In this document: one piece after another, positions 1 through 9,871 of the stretch
How positions within the stretch are numbered: position 1 is the stretch's first letter
How the letters are laid out: every line of letters starts with the position of its first letter
Source: a virus
Lineage: Duplodnaviria; Caudoviricetes
IMG/VR virus record: IMGVR_UViG_3300032226_000905
Span: 22,276 to 86,275 of that record
Strand: one strand, 5' to 3'
DNA length: 64,000 nucleotides
Made by a program: the position numbers and the translations under genes
The notes under the pieces: generated by a model
What the model was told of the DNA's origin: nothing
What the model saw: the letters and a program-made list of their open reading frames with translations, nothing else
Database searches by the model: none

Positions 1-108
1 TTCTCTCTTACCAAAGAGATTAAGGCTGGCACAGCCGCTGAGATTAGTTACCAGCAGCAGGCTTGTAGTTAGGATTAGCCAACGAGGGGCATTCACGATT
101 GATTTCAC
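1..108 (-). CDS. o-spanin (Rz1-like lipoprotein), 5' part only, runs off window start
   Basis: Hand translation from GTG at 108: MKSIVNAPRWLILTTSLLLVTNLSGCASLNLFGKRE. Hydrophobic stretch plus lipobox LSGC; overlaps the i-spanin 3' end in another frame. Confidence 0.8.
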   Translation of the reverse strand, partial: MKSIVNAPRWLILTTSLLLVTNLSGCASLNLFGKRE

Positions 109-544
109 TTGGTTTAGTTGCATTTTTTTCAGCCTCTGTTAAAGGCGCTCCGGATGCGATTTCAAGACAACGAAGAGCATTTACGGTGCCTCGATTTACA
201 GCACGTTCCAAACTTGCAGGTTTCGCTGCGGCAGATTTTCCAAACTCTCTTTTTTGTCCATCAGCACCGACGGAAAATCTATCTTTGAGATTTTCCATAT
301 CTTTATTTTGTAATTTAATGGTGGTGTTTAATTCATTGTTTAACTGTTTGATTTTTTCTTGATCTGCTCTCATTTGAGCCATAGCTTCATTTTGTAAGCG
401 AACACCTTCTTCTAGTTTTCGACTGTTTTCTTGAGCTATGGCCAAATCAGCTTTAAGATTGATTAGAAAATAGCCACCAGCTGCTATTATCAGCACTATG
501 ATAAGTGCTACAATAGCTTTGATGGCTCCACCAATTCCAAACAT
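44..544 (-). CDS. i-spanin (Rz-like)
   Basis: N-terminal TM helix, coiled coil, two C-terminal Cys; directly downstream of the endolysin with a TGATG overlap. Confidence 0.75.
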   Translation of the reverse strand: MFGIGGAIKAIVALIIVLIIAAGGYFLINLKADLAIAQENSRKLEEGVRLQNEAMAQMRADQEKIKQLNNELNTTIKLQNKDMENLKDRFSVGADGQKREFGKSAAAKPASLERAVNRGTVNALRCLEIASGAPLTEAEKNATKPSEINRECPSLANPNYKPAAGN

Positions 545-1173
545 CAAGCCACTCCGAAAATGTGCAGTGCGTGTTCGTAGTGATGCTTGCGATCTTCTAG
601 ACCGATAGTTCCGCCGTTGATTCTCTTGGTTAGTGTAAGAATATCACCGGTATCGGCCCACTGATTGAGTTTATTTTGTTCCCAGAAGAAACAGGCTGAC
701 TGTACAGCACCTTCAAAAGTCTGTAGATATTCGCTGGCTTCTTCTACAGGAATGTCTAAACTAGCAGCAAAGAATGTATAGTTGTTCTTTCCTGTCAGTT
801 GAATAAGTCCACGACCGCAATATTTCCAACCGTCGCCTGATGATTCATCACCATTGCCCATACGATTAGCATAGACTCTATTAGCAATTTTTTCTGGCTT
901 GTTAGCATATTCTGCTGCAACGGCGTCATCTGCAAAATATTTAGGAAATACTTTGCGAAGGCTAGCTGCTTTGTAGTTGAGATTTTCTTTTAGAAAAATA
1001 AAGCCGCCGCTTTCGTGAGCACACTGGGCGAGAAAGGCTGCCACACGCTGCGGTGTATTGATTTCGTAATCTGGAAGTATTTCTGAAATAGCCTTGTACC
1101 ATTGATCCACGTAGGGATTTTTAGGAATCATTTCTTTTAATTGCTCTTTGGTAAAATTAAATGTAAAGCTCAT
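544..1173 (-). CDS. Glycoside hydrolase family 19 endolysin
   Basis: FLAQCAHESGG, ENLNY, YCGRGLIQLTGKNNY, TKRINGG motifs of GH19 lysozymes. Confidence 0.92.
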   Translation of the reverse strand: MSFTFNFTKEQLKEMIPKNPYVDQWYKAISEILPDYEINTPQRVAAFLAQCAHESGGFIFLKENLNYKAASLRKVFPKYFADDAVAAEYANKPEKIANRVYANRMGNGDESSGDGWKYCGRGLIQLTGKNNYTFFAASLDIPVEEASEYLQTFEGAVQSACFFWEQNKLNQWADTGDILTLTKRINGGTIGLEDRKHHYEHALHIFGVA

Positions 1174-1175
1174 GG

Positions 1176-1901
1176 TTATATCCTTTTTAATAACATACTA
1201 CGGTCACCGTTAGTAAACAGTAACTTATCCCCAAATTTACTTATATCATAATCACCTAACACCTTTGTTAGCCAAAAAATTTCAGCAGCCGAATCTTCGT
1301 CCATGGATATTTTATCTTCTAATACTATGTTGTCGTCGGCTAATAATTTAAATTCTAATTTTTTATCGAACGGTTTATGAATAGTGATCACGTCTTGATC
1401 CATAGTCAGCTCATTCATTATTGTTCTGTTGAAAAATGATTTAACAGATTCAGTTCGCATCTTAGATAAGAATGCATCATATGATGACGCACTGGTTGGA
1501 ATTACTCGCTTGATAATTTCTTCTTTAACCGGATGTGCTGATGATTCTTTGTGATATTTAAATTTGAATTCGTCAATACCGGTGAGTCTATTTATACCAT
1601 AGGTCAATTCTTTGATCTGTTCTGCTAATTTTTCGCTTCGTGCTAGTTCTACAAATACAAAGTACTCGCCATTTTTATTTTCCCCAGAACTGACATCAGC
1701 ATCTAACACAAAGGAATATCCCTTCTCGATGAATTCCATAAGATCCTTGGCAGGGTTACGATCCTTGGCAGTGAAACTTAAAACTACGACATCCCGATCT
1801 TCGCCCATCTTTGATCGATAAGTATCGACTTCAAATACCGGAGAGATCATTTCTTTAAGATCTTCGGACCGTAGACCTTCATTGAGCTGGCTGTTCTGCA
1901 T
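1176..1901 (-). CDS. Hypothetical phage protein
   Basis: 241-aa ORF in an operon. Confidence 0.6.
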   Translation of the reverse strand: MQNSQLNEGLRSEDLKEMISPVFEVDTYRSKMGEDRDVVVLSFTAKDRNPAKDLMEFIEKGYSFVLDADVSSGENKNGEYFVFVELARSEKLAEQIKELTYGINRLTGIDEFKFKYHKESSAHPVKEEIIKRVIPTSASSYDAFLSKMRTESVKSFFNRTIMNELTMDQDVITIHKPFDKKLEFKLLADDNIVLEDKISMDEDSAAEIFWLTKVLGDYDISKFGDKLLFTNGDRSMLLKRI

Positions 1902-2412
1902 TTGCTGTTTCCTGTGGAGCAGCAGCTTCTTGTTCTGGTTGCTGCTGGACTATATTATTCTGACTTAGGATATCTTCTATTTTGTTTTTATCGAGATTTT
2001 TATAGCCTCGGTTGATATCACTCATTAGTTTTTTAGGCATCATAATTTTCACGATCCAGATATCTTCGTGATCTATTTTACCTTTGCGTGTTCCTGGACG
2101 TATGTCCTCGGGTTTTTTAATTTTTCGAACCTTAGAAATCTGACTTTCACCGATTTTTACTTTGCAGCCGTATTCTAGCAATCTCATGCCACCCTTGGGC
2201 TCCGGCATCTTATCTTTTGGCCACATAAAACTGCAGGTAACAAAGTATCGATCTTCGACCGGTCCTTCTAGTAGTTCACCGTCGATCCAGTTTTCGTAAA
2301 CATAGACATCTAATTCGTCTATGACACGTTCGAAGTCTTTAAGTAAACCGAGGCTGTTGTTAGACCCGTATAAATTTTCAATATTAGCTATTATGTCTTT
2401 AATATCTGCCAT
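1879..2412 (-). CDS. Hypothetical phage protein
   Basis: 177-aa ORF; SD and TAAATA box (2427-2432) upstream. Confidence 0.6.
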   Translation of the reverse strand: MADIKDIIANIENLYGSNNSLGLLKDFERVIDELDVYVYENWIDGELLEGPVEDRYFVTCSFMWPKDKMPEPKGGMRLLEYGCKVKIGESQISKVRKIKKPEDIRPGTRKGKIDHEDIWIVKIMMPKKLMSDINRGYKNLDKNKIEDILSQNNIVQQQPEQEAAAPQETANAEQPAQ

Positions 2413-2554
2413 GATTTCTCCCTAAGTATTTATCCGTCAAAACTTAAACATAAACTATAATAATTCTAGGCTATTGTTAAATACTTTTGTGTTCGGCTAC
2501 GGACACCAACGGTTTGAGGTCCGTGCCTACACGTAAAAGGAGGGCTAACCTTAT

Positions 2555-3295
2555 ATGAAGCGAAAAAGAGCAGTTGCAACAAAATCACACGCTCAACAGC
2601 ACCAACAGCAGTCTAACGTAATCAATCTAATAGACAATCAGTATCAAAAACGTCATCGGGTCCAGATCTATCCAAAAAACCTCAATCAAGAAAGTTATCT
2701 ACTAAAGCTGAACGATCGGCAAAAAATGATTATTTTTGCTATCGGACCGGCTGGCACAGGTAAAACAATGCTTGCAGTTCAGTGGGCTATAGATCAGCTC
2801 AAATACGGTGATTCTGATCGCATAATAATTACCAGACCTGCTGTATCGGTAGATGAAGAACACGGATTTCTACCTGGAGATCTCCAGCAAAAAATGGAAC
2901 CGTGGACCAAGCCCATAATGGATGTATTCGCAGAAAATTACTCAGCTAGAGACATTACTAACATGATAACCGAGGGGGTGATTGAAACCAGTCCTCTAGC
3001 ATACATGAGAGGTCGAACATTCAAGAACGCTATAATCATCGCAGATGAAATGCAGAATGCAACGCCAAGCCAGATGAAAATGTTGCTGACTAGACTAGGT
3101 CAGGGATCTAAGATGGTAGTTACCGGAGATCTGCAACAGGCTGATAGACCTTGTAACAATGGACTATTAGAATTTTTACAGCTCTATAACAACTTTGATA
3201 ACCACAGATACGTGGATATCTGTCATTTCACAGTCGGGGATATTGAACGACATGAAGCAGTAAAGGAGATACTGGCAATCTACGGTGATTCTTGA
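2555..3295 (+). CDS. phoH: PhoH-family ATPase
   Basis: GPAGTGKT Walker A, ITRPAV, GFLPGDL, YMRGRTF, ADEMQN, TGDLQQAD. Confidence 0.95.
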   Translation: MKRKRAVATKSHAQQHQQQSNVINLIDNQYQKRHRVQIYPKNLNQESYLLKLNDRQKMIIFAIGPAGTGKTMLAVQWAIDQLKYGDSDRIIITRPAVSVDEEHGFLPGDLQQKMEPWTKPIMDVFAENYSARDITNMITEGVIETSPLAYMRGRTFKNAIIIADEMQNATPSQMKMLLTRLGQGSKMVVTGDLQQADRPCNNGLLEFLQLYNNFDNHRYVDICHFTVGDIERHEAVKEILAIYGDS

Positions 3296-3299
3296 AATG

Positions 3300-3320
3300 T
3301 TAGGGGATCTAATCCCCTAA
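3300..3320. terminator. Hairpin between convergent phoH and clamp loader genes
   Basis: TTAGGGGA-TCTAA-TCCCCTAA perfect inverted repeat. Confidence 0.6.
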
Positions 3321-3327
3321 CACAAAT

Positions 3328-4257
3328 CTAAGTATTATCGTTCAAACGTCCTAGTTTGACTAAGGTAGCAGCTAGATTTATTTCTGCGTCTCCGCAGATG
3401 GTATGATCTACCAGTCCGGTCTTTATGATCAATATGGCCTGATCCTGTTTCTCTGTAGATTTGTAAAGTGTAGAAAGATTATCATATAGCCAACGATAAA
3501 CTTCTTCCATTTCTTCTGCACGAATTTTTCCGCAGAGTAATTTGCGGGCTTCGGTGATTTTTCCTTCATTGAAAAGTTCGACCATGTCGAATTTCCAGTC
3601 GGCAGCACCTTCGTCTGCCTTGTTAGGCATCATCAGTTTACCTTCTTGAACATTCTGCTGTACGAGATTGATACATTTTCTAAGATCCGGATATGCTACT
3701 TTGACATAATTGTCTAGTGTCTCAAGATCGAAGTCCACAGCCTCTTCAACAAGAATAGTAGCAACACGAGCGGTAAACTCAGTAAGATCCGTTCGCTCAA
3801 CGTGAAATCCTTGACATCGTGAATGTAAAGCAGGGATAATGCGATTAGGGTAGTTACAGGTGAGGATGAAACGAGCAGTTGAGTGATACTCCTCCATGAC
3901 CCCACGTAACGCTGCTTGAGCATTCGGACTAAGATAATCAGCTTCATCTAATAGCACCACCTTAAAAGGTCCAAACGGAATCATCTGGACGAAGTTTGTA
4001 ATTTTGTCTCGGACATCATCGACAGAGTTCGTACGACTAGCATTGATTTCTAGTACATCATAATCTTCGATACCTAGTTCATTGATCAATATTTTAGCCA
4101 ACGTAGTTTTACCGATGCCGGCATTCCCGCTGAGCAAAAGATGGGGAATACTGCAATCTTTGATCCAGGTCTCTATCTGTTTACGTTGAGATTGATCTCT
4201 AAATACATACCCATCTATGTTTTTAGGACGATATTTTTCAACCCATAAATCTTTCAT
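3328..4257 (-). CDS. Clamp loader subunit (RFC small subunit / T4 gp44-like)
   Basis: WVEKYRP, GNAGIGKTT, EINAS, LDEADYLS, AQAALR, SRC motif. Confidence 0.93.
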   Translation of the reverse strand: MKDLWVEKYRPKNIDGYVFRDQSQRKQIETWIKDCSIPHLLLSGNAGIGKTTLAKILINELGIEDYDVLEINASRTNSVDDVRDKITNFVQMIPFGPFKVVLLDEADYLSPNAQAALRGVMEEYHSTARFILTCNYPNRIIPALHSRCQGFHVERTDLTEFTARVATILVEEAVDFDLETLDNYVKVAYPDLRKCINLVQQNVQEGKLMMPNKADEGAADWKFDMVELFNEGKITEARKLLCGKIRAEEMEEVYRWLYDNLSTLYKSTEKQDQAILIIKTGLVDHTICGDAEINLAATLVKLGRLNDNT

Positions 4258-4655
4258 TGTTCATATCCCTGTTTCAATATCGCTCTTTCTTTGCTTAGAT
4301 AATCTTTGAGATCCGGCGGCGTCCACCCTACAGGTTTTAATACCTTACCATCTTCACGCTTGCGAACTTTTCCATCTTCACCAATTTTGGCAAAATTAGA
4401 ACGCATGACTTCTTTCCACGCACCCTCGGCATCTGCTCCTATGCTGTGGATAGCGCCGATAGTAACAACCAAAATGTCTATTAGAGCATCTAACATTTCT
4501 ACTTTGTCTTTGGCCAGAATAGCTTGATTTAATTCCTCGGCCTCTTCTTCAATCAGCTTGAGATACATGTTAAATTGATCAGCGTTTCGAGAGTCGACAG
4601 TCTGATCACAGGCCCGCATAAATTTTTCTTGATCACGAAAAGGATTCGTCATCAT
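4254..4655 (-). CDS. MazG-like / PRA-PH-like NTP pyrophosphohydrolase
   Basis: EEEAEEL...DALIDILVV, EVMRSNFAK, REDGKVLKP. Confidence 0.8.
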   Translation of the reverse strand: MMTNPFRDQEKFMRACDQTVDSRNADQFNMYLKLIEEEAEELNQAILAKDKVEMLDALIDILVVTIGAIHSIGADAEGAWKEVMRSNFAKIGEDGKVRKREDGKVLKPVGWTPPDLKDYLSKERAILKQGYEQ

Positions 4656-4661
4656 TCCTCC

Positions 4662-4904
4662 TTAGGATTTTAATACTTTAATGATACGCTTTTTTTCTTG
4701 TTCTTTCAACCACTGTTTTTCCAAATCGCCGAAATCTGGACTCATTTTCAGTGCGTCGTCAATGATCTGTTTGAGCTGATAAAGATCTTTCTTGCATTCA
4801 AATACTGTAAATCCATCATTGTATGGACTAGCACATTCTCTAGCCAACGAGTGGATTTGCTTTGCTATATCAGCTAGATCCCAATTTTTCTTTTTGAGAT
4901 GCAT
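4662..4904 (-). CDS. Hypothetical protein
   Basis: 80-aa ORF coupled to neighbours. Confidence 0.5.
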   Translation of the reverse strand: MHLKKKNWDLADIAKQIHSLARECASPYNDGFTVFECKKDLYQLKQIIDDALKMSPDFGDLEKQWLKEQEKKRIIKVLKS

Positions 4905-5263
4905 CAGACACTATCTGATACGATGATATCTAAGGGATCTGGAGCTTCGTCACTGACACCCATGATTCCGTTGACGTCCACTCTCCAGATATCTTTTTCA
5001 CCTTCACCATCGTCAATACGGATTTTTCTAGTCCAGCGACCGTGTTCGATCAGAATCCATTGACCGGGTTTTACATCAGTCTGTTTTGGACCAATACAGT
5101 AGACTCTGCCCCATCTAGGATGAACTCCGTGTGATTTCGCATCATCGCTTCTAAGTATCAAACCTGCTGCAGTCTTGGTTTCTCCGAAATTCATATCAGT
5201 TACAAGAACCCAATCTTTGATTGCTCTAACTTTTATATGTTTGACATCATAGGGCGTAGACAT
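4904..5263 (-). CDS. groES: GroES-like co-chaperonin (gp31 analogue)
   Basis: IKDWVLV...TAAGLIL...GRVYCIGP...VKPGQWIL. Confidence 0.85.
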   Translation of the reverse strand: MSTPYDVKHIKVRAIKDWVLVTDMNFGETKTAAGLILRSDDAKSHGVHPRWGRVYCIGPKQTDVKPGQWILIEHGRWTRKIRIDDGEGEKDIWRVDVNGIMGVSDEAPDPLDIIVSDSV

Positions 5264-5493
5264 TATTTTTTATTTCCTCTAGTGGCGATTTCGTCATTGA
5301 TAGCTCTAGGATTATTTTTGTAATAATCTTGTAGTATCTGTTCACGAGTTCGAACAATTTTTCCGCCCGGACCTAGTTCGTCGCCTCTGGCATTTACTTT
5401 CATATTTCCTATCGCAGGAGTATGTTCATTGCGTATGGTTAGTTTTTCCATATCGATCTGTTTGCCCTGCATACTTGTATAAACTCTACCCAT
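5263..5493 (-). CDS. Hypothetical protein
   Basis: 76-aa ORF coupled to neighbours. Confidence 0.55.
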   Translation of the reverse strand: MGRVYTSMQGKQIDMEKLTIRNEHTPAIGNMKVNARGDELGPGGKIVRTREQILQDYYKNNPRAINDEIATRGNKK

Positions 5494-5962
5494 TATATTT
5501 CTCCTTAAAGAATTCTTCTATTGGTAAGTTGTATTTAATACTGTCTATCTTATGGACCCCTATAAGATGAAGTACATAACTGGCCACGCTGGATCCACGT
5601 CCTACTCCCCAAACTACGTTGTTAGCTCTGAGAGTATCTACGATATATTTCATAGCTTTAAGCATAGGGATCATATCGTATTTGGCAAACAGCCTTAGTT
5701 CTTCTACAACTCGCTGTCGTATTTCAGGAGTAGGGCATCTTTGATATAACCAATCTAATATATCCATTGTCCGATATTCCTCCGGAATATTCCAATGTGT
5801 CGGATCAATTTCTTTGGGGGGAATTGGATAATCTAGGCGTTCTGAATCTACTCGTTTTAGATACGATTCTAATTCAGGGTCATCGCAGAGACATTTAGAG
5901 ATGATTTCAGGTCCGTGCCTGATCACTCCTTGAAATAGTTGTTCGACATTATTTGTTGACAT
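5486..5962 (-). CDS. Stand-alone fragment of DNA polymerase III alpha (DnaE-like)
   Basis: WGVGRGSSVASYVLHLIGVHKIDSIKYNLPIEEFF matches DnaE GPGRGSAAGSLVAY.LGIT.IDP.KY.L.FERF; ends before PDID. Confidence 0.8.
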   Translation of the reverse strand: MSTNNVEQLFQGVIRHGPEIISKCLCDDPELESYLKRVDSERLDYPIPPKEIDPTHWNIPEEYRTMDILDWLYQRCPTPEIRQRVVEELRLFAKYDMIPMLKAMKYIVDTLRANNVVWGVGRGSSVASYVLHLIGVHKIDSIKYNLPIEEFFKEKYNG

Positions 5963-6185
5963 TTATCAGTTGATCCAGATCTCCATCTAGTCCGGTATTG
6001 AGACGATCTCTATACCTTCTAGACATTTCTTCTTTGTATATTGTAACAAAAGTTGAGAGCTGTGTCAACAGTTCAGGTTTACCTAAACGCTGTGCAACAA
6101 AATATTTTTTGGTTAGTTCCTGTACTTTTTCTTCCAGTTCTTGATCTTTGAGCTGGCTGAGATCAGATTCCAAAGGATGAAACAT
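5949..6185 (-). CDS. Hypothetical protein
   Basis: 78-aa helical ORF in an operon. Confidence 0.55.
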   Translation of the reverse strand: MFHPLESDLSQLKDQELEEKVQELTKKYFVAQRLGKPELLTQLSTFVTIYKEEMSRRYRDRLNTGLDGDLDQLINVNK

Positions 6186-6191
6186 TTTTTA

Positions 6192-6776
6192 TCAGCTGAA
6201 CTGACCTAGGTAATGTAGAAATATTCTATCCGATTTGTGTCTCCAGACTTCGACGATCAAGGGATCCCCGGCACCTGCTGCCAATTCTTGACTGGTAATT
6301 ACAAATGGAGTAGGAAATCCAGCGGATTTCTTTAAAATAGTACCACCGGTAGTGATAAATGTTAGTGTTCGAGCGGTACCGTCACCGTAGAGCTCTAGGG
6401 TGACTTTGCCCATGCCCGAAGGAGTTGTAGCATCATCTGGAAAATTTAAGAAGTCAACGTTGACATTAGCACCAAATCTATAGATCTGATATCTTCCATT
6501 TTCAAAATCTATGGTTAGTCCTGCAGTGATCGTTCCGCCGTCGAATTTCTTTTCATAGACATTCTGCAGAACAGCATTGGTTATGATATTTCTGTTGAAG
6601 TCAGTATCTTGATCTGTGCGAGCTGTGTTGTCCTGAAGATCTTCGATTTCAGATTTGGCTTCTAGAAAGTTAGTTTTGATAGTATCAAAGTTATCACGGA
6701 AAACCTGTGTGTCATTATCCTGGCCTGCTACAGGAAAGTTTTCGTTTATTGAGGCATAATTTATTGCACTAGTCAC
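6192..6776 (-). CDS. Putative virion structural protein
   Basis: Last gene of the tail block; FRDNFDTIKTNF N-terminal helix. Confidence 0.55.
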   Translation of the reverse strand: MTSAINYASINENFPVAGQDNDTQVFRDNFDTIKTNFLEAKSEIEDLQDNTARTDQDTDFNRNIITNAVLQNVYEKKFDGGTITAGLTIDFENGRYQIYRFGANVNVDFLNFPDDATTPSGMGKVTLELYGDGTARTLTFITTGGTILKKSAGFPTPFVITSQELAAGAGDPLIVEVWRHKSDRIFLHYLGQFS

Positions 6777-9283
6777 GGTAATTTTTCTCCACGTTGCGGA
6801 AACGCAAGGTATTTATCCTCTATTTGACCATCTAAAATATCTATGACATAACGATCTGCGGTAAAATCGATGCTTTTGAAATCAAATCCGTTGGATTTAA
6901 TCCTGCTGATCACAGCTTCGGAATTTCCAGGTTTTAGAAAGCACAACGGTATGGCTTTAGCAAACCCCGATTCGACAAATGAGCGATCTTGTATACTGCG
7001 CATCCATAATGGTAAAAAAGTCCTTTCTCGATTGCCCACTGCTTTGATCCTTGATCTCATATTTTTTATACTGTTAGGAAACACACGTTGATGGTCTCGA
7101 TCACTGACTAAAGGAATGTCGCTGTCTATTCTTATCGCATCATAGCTAACTAATACTCTGCTGTTTATGGTATTTGATAATTCTACGGTTTTGCTAATAC
7201 TCTTGCCATTTTTTTCGAGTTCATCCACTACTTCCACATAGACTATTTCGTAGATTATTTCTTGGGTGGTCTGATCTTTAGCCACAGCATATTTCACATC
7301 TCCGAATCTGATCTGTTTTCGATAATGATTGCGGCTCATAGCCTGCACATATTTTACAGCATTGACACTTTCGATTCCTGCAAATAACAGCATACGTAGT
7401 TCGCCTTGTATACCGAAGTTAGGATCTCCATATCTATAGATTTCGTCAGATCTAAATATACCAGAATCAGTGATAAAATTATACCAAGCTAGTCTTTTTG
7501 GTTTACTTTGGAAGGCCTTGAGATAGAGATTAGCAAATGATTTGGTATTTTCAGTATCTACTGAAATATTAAACTCTCGAATGTTTTCAGCAAAATTTGC
7601 AGAGTCTCTAGCTCTTATAGAAAAAGCAAACACTCGATCAAATGTAGTAGCACTGTTGTCGAATGTGTTATTAAATTGTTTTGAACCTGTAGAGCTGTCT
7701 TCAGTTTCGGGATCTATGCTGTCTACCCGATCATAAAATCTTATTATACCGGGAGCAGAATCGTCACCAAATTGATTAACCTTACCTAAGATCAGTCCTG
7801 TAGTAATAAGATTTAAGCCCGGAGGTAATGTTCCAGAGACTAATTCGTAAATAACTTTGCCTCCATAATAATTACTTTCGGCTTCTACATAGATATCGCT
7901 GGGCTGATTAGGTTTGATGCTGCCGCGATCAGAATCGGTGATCCAGGTTATAGCACTTTCGATTTCACCGATAATGTCTATAGTAAATGTTTTATCGGAA
8001 GTAGATACTGCTAGATTCCAATATTCACCTTCTTGAGGAACTTGGTTACGATTTGTCCTTAGACATACATAGATAAATCCACGAAATCTTACTGCTTCGT
8101 TAGGAAGGTATGTTCTAGTCGCAGACCAGTCACCGACTAGAGTATATTCTATTTCTGCTAGAGCTGCTGGAAAACTCACAGCCTGCATGGTAAATTGATA
8201 GGTGGTAGTGATAGCAGCTTGATAAGGAACACGTCCTGCTATTTCTCCGGTGATGGTATCTAGGGTCAATCCTGGAGGCAGTGTGCTGGCGGATCCGTCA
8301 GGGTTCGTTGAAATCAAAAAGTAAGTGATAACTCCGTCGAGGCTAGGAGGATCGTATACATCAAGATACACAGTTACATAATTGTTAGCACGGTACTGAC
8401 CGAGATAGCTTTCGGTAATCCATAAAGGTTTGCGATCGCTGCTGTTGTCTGCTCGGAATAGATTAGTATCGACTTGTACGATCGAATTGTCTGCCTGTAG
8501 AAACTCTTCGGTAACTACCCAGATACGAAAAATTCTACGAACATCATTGACACCATCAGTGATGCCTACTACGAAAGTATAGAATCTGCTGAGCCTTCGT
8601 GGAGTTTGGCTAGGTTCATTATAGTCAAAGGATACGTTGTCATAGAAGTAGCTGTCATAACCGTTTGATCTAGCTTCGGCAACATCTAGAGGAGTTATAT
8701 CATAACCTGCAGTATCAAAGGCTCCTGTGAGATTACCTACATAGTCTACTGCGAAAATAGGATCTGTGAATCCAGAGATAACTCCATCTTCGCTGAGACT
8801 AAGACCTGGGGGTAATTCTCCTCCCATAGGACTGAGATAGAATTTTAGTGTATCCCCGGCGGTGAGATCTGTGTCAGTAGCTTCTAATTGGAAATTTACA
8901 TAGGCGTTGTCTAAAACAAAATAATTGTCGCCTTCACCTACTTTGAGGAATCCTTCCGCGGTCAGCCATCGAGGAACGTCCGACCCGTCTACTGATAATC
9001 TAAAAGTTCGGTCTTCGATATCTCGTCCATCGCTGGCTCTGATCACAAATCTACTCTCGGTAAATCGTTTGACTTCTACTGGAGACCCTGTAATATATCC
9101 TGTGGTCTGTGAGCTATCTGTGATATCAGAGTTGACTATGCGCAGACCTCGAGGTAGACTACCTGCTATCAGTGTATAGATAATCGGTCCTTGATCGGAG
9201 GTTGCTTCAAGCGGAATCGATAGAGTGATACGCTCAGTGATAATTCCTAGATCGCCTGCAGCAGTGATCCACGTTATGGCCAT
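6773..9283 (-). CDS. Baseplate-associated structural protein with putative Ig-like repeats
   Basis: Four LP(P/R)GL repeats typical of He_PIG Ig-like domains. Confidence 0.65.
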   Translation of the reverse strand: MAITWITAAGDLGIITERITLSIPLEATSDQGPIIYTLIAGSLPRGLRIVNSDITDSSQTTGYITGSPVEVKRFTESRFVIRASDGRDIEDRTFRLSVDGSDVPRWLTAEGFLKVGEGDNYFVLDNAYVNFQLEATDTDLTAGDTLKFYLSPMGGELPPGLSLSEDGVISGFTDPIFAVDYVGNLTGAFDTAGYDITPLDVAEARSNGYDSYFYDNVSFDYNEPSQTPRRLSRFYTFVVGITDGVNDVRRIFRIWVVTEEFLQADNSIVQVDTNLFRADNSSDRKPLWITESYLGQYRANNYVTVYLDVYDPPSLDGVITYFLISTNPDGSASTLPPGLTLDTITGEIAGRVPYQAAITTTYQFTMQAVSFPAALAEIEYTLVGDWSATRTYLPNEAVRFRGFIYVCLRTNRNQVPQEGEYWNLAVSTSDKTFTIDIIGEIESAITWITDSDRGSIKPNQPSDIYVEAESNYYGGKVIYELVSGTLPPGLNLITTGLILGKVNQFGDDSAPGIIRFYDRVDSIDPETEDSSTGSKQFNNTFDNSATTFDRVFAFSIRARDSANFAENIREFNISVDTENTKSFANLYLKAFQSKPKRLAWYNFITDSGIFRSDEIYRYGDPNFGIQGELRMLLFAGIESVNAVKYVQAMSRNHYRKQIRFGDVKYAVAKDQTTQEIIYEIVYVEVVDELEKNGKSISKTVELSNTINSRVLVSYDAIRIDSDIPLVSDRDHQRVFPNSIKNMRSRIKAVGNRERTFLPLWMRSIQDRSFVESGFAKAIPLCFLKPGNSEAVISRIKSNGFDFKSIDFTADRYVIDILDGQIEDKYLAFPQRGEKLP

Positions 9284-9293
9284 CTCGTGATCC

Positions 9294-9839
9294 TTAGAGT
9301 TCTCCTAGGTCAATAGTCAATGAACTAGGGTTAGACACAGTACCGAAATCTAGATTTGATGACTGTGCGTATAATTGTATGATGTTCGTGTACGAGCCAC
9401 TGATAGTACCAAAATCCATGTTGCTAAGGATATCCGTGACTGGTAGTACTGTGTTGATTTTAACAGCATCACCTTGTACAAAAGTAGTGATATCGTTACC
9501 GCCAACTATACTGATGTTAGGGTAATTGTCCGCATCCATGATACCACTGTTAGTGGTGATAGTTTCAAAGGCACCAGGCTGATTGTTTGTGAATATGATA
9601 GAATCGGTAAGTTCGTTGATAAACATTTTGTTACCAGCGACTAATCTCTTTAGCTTAAATTCGTTCCCTGCTTTTTCTTTAAATATGCCAGCCCCTGTAG
9701 AGCCGACGTTGCTCATAGTAGGAGTTAGGCTAGAATACAGATCTGTGAAATTAGCATTTACTTTTTGGAACGCAGTCCGTAAATCATCACCTAATCCATC
9801 GTTTACTACATTACCTATGTTGATCGTTTGTATGGCCAT
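9294..9839 (-). CDS. Baseplate protein with T4 gp9/gp10-like N-terminus
   Basis: MAIQTINIGNVVNDGLGDDLRTAFQKVNANF resembles the T4 gp10 N-terminus. Confidence 0.7.
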   Translation of the reverse strand: MAIQTINIGNVVNDGLGDDLRTAFQKVNANFTDLYSSLTPTMSNVGSTGAGIFKEKAGNEFKLKRLVAGNKMFINELTDSIIFTNNQPGAFETITTNSGIMDADNYPNISIVGGNDITTFVQGDAVKINTVLPVTDILSNMDFGTISGSYTNIIQLYAQSSNLDFGTVSNPSSLTIDLGEL

Positions 9840-9871
9840 TTTGCGCTCTCTTTAGTATATTTACCGTTTCA

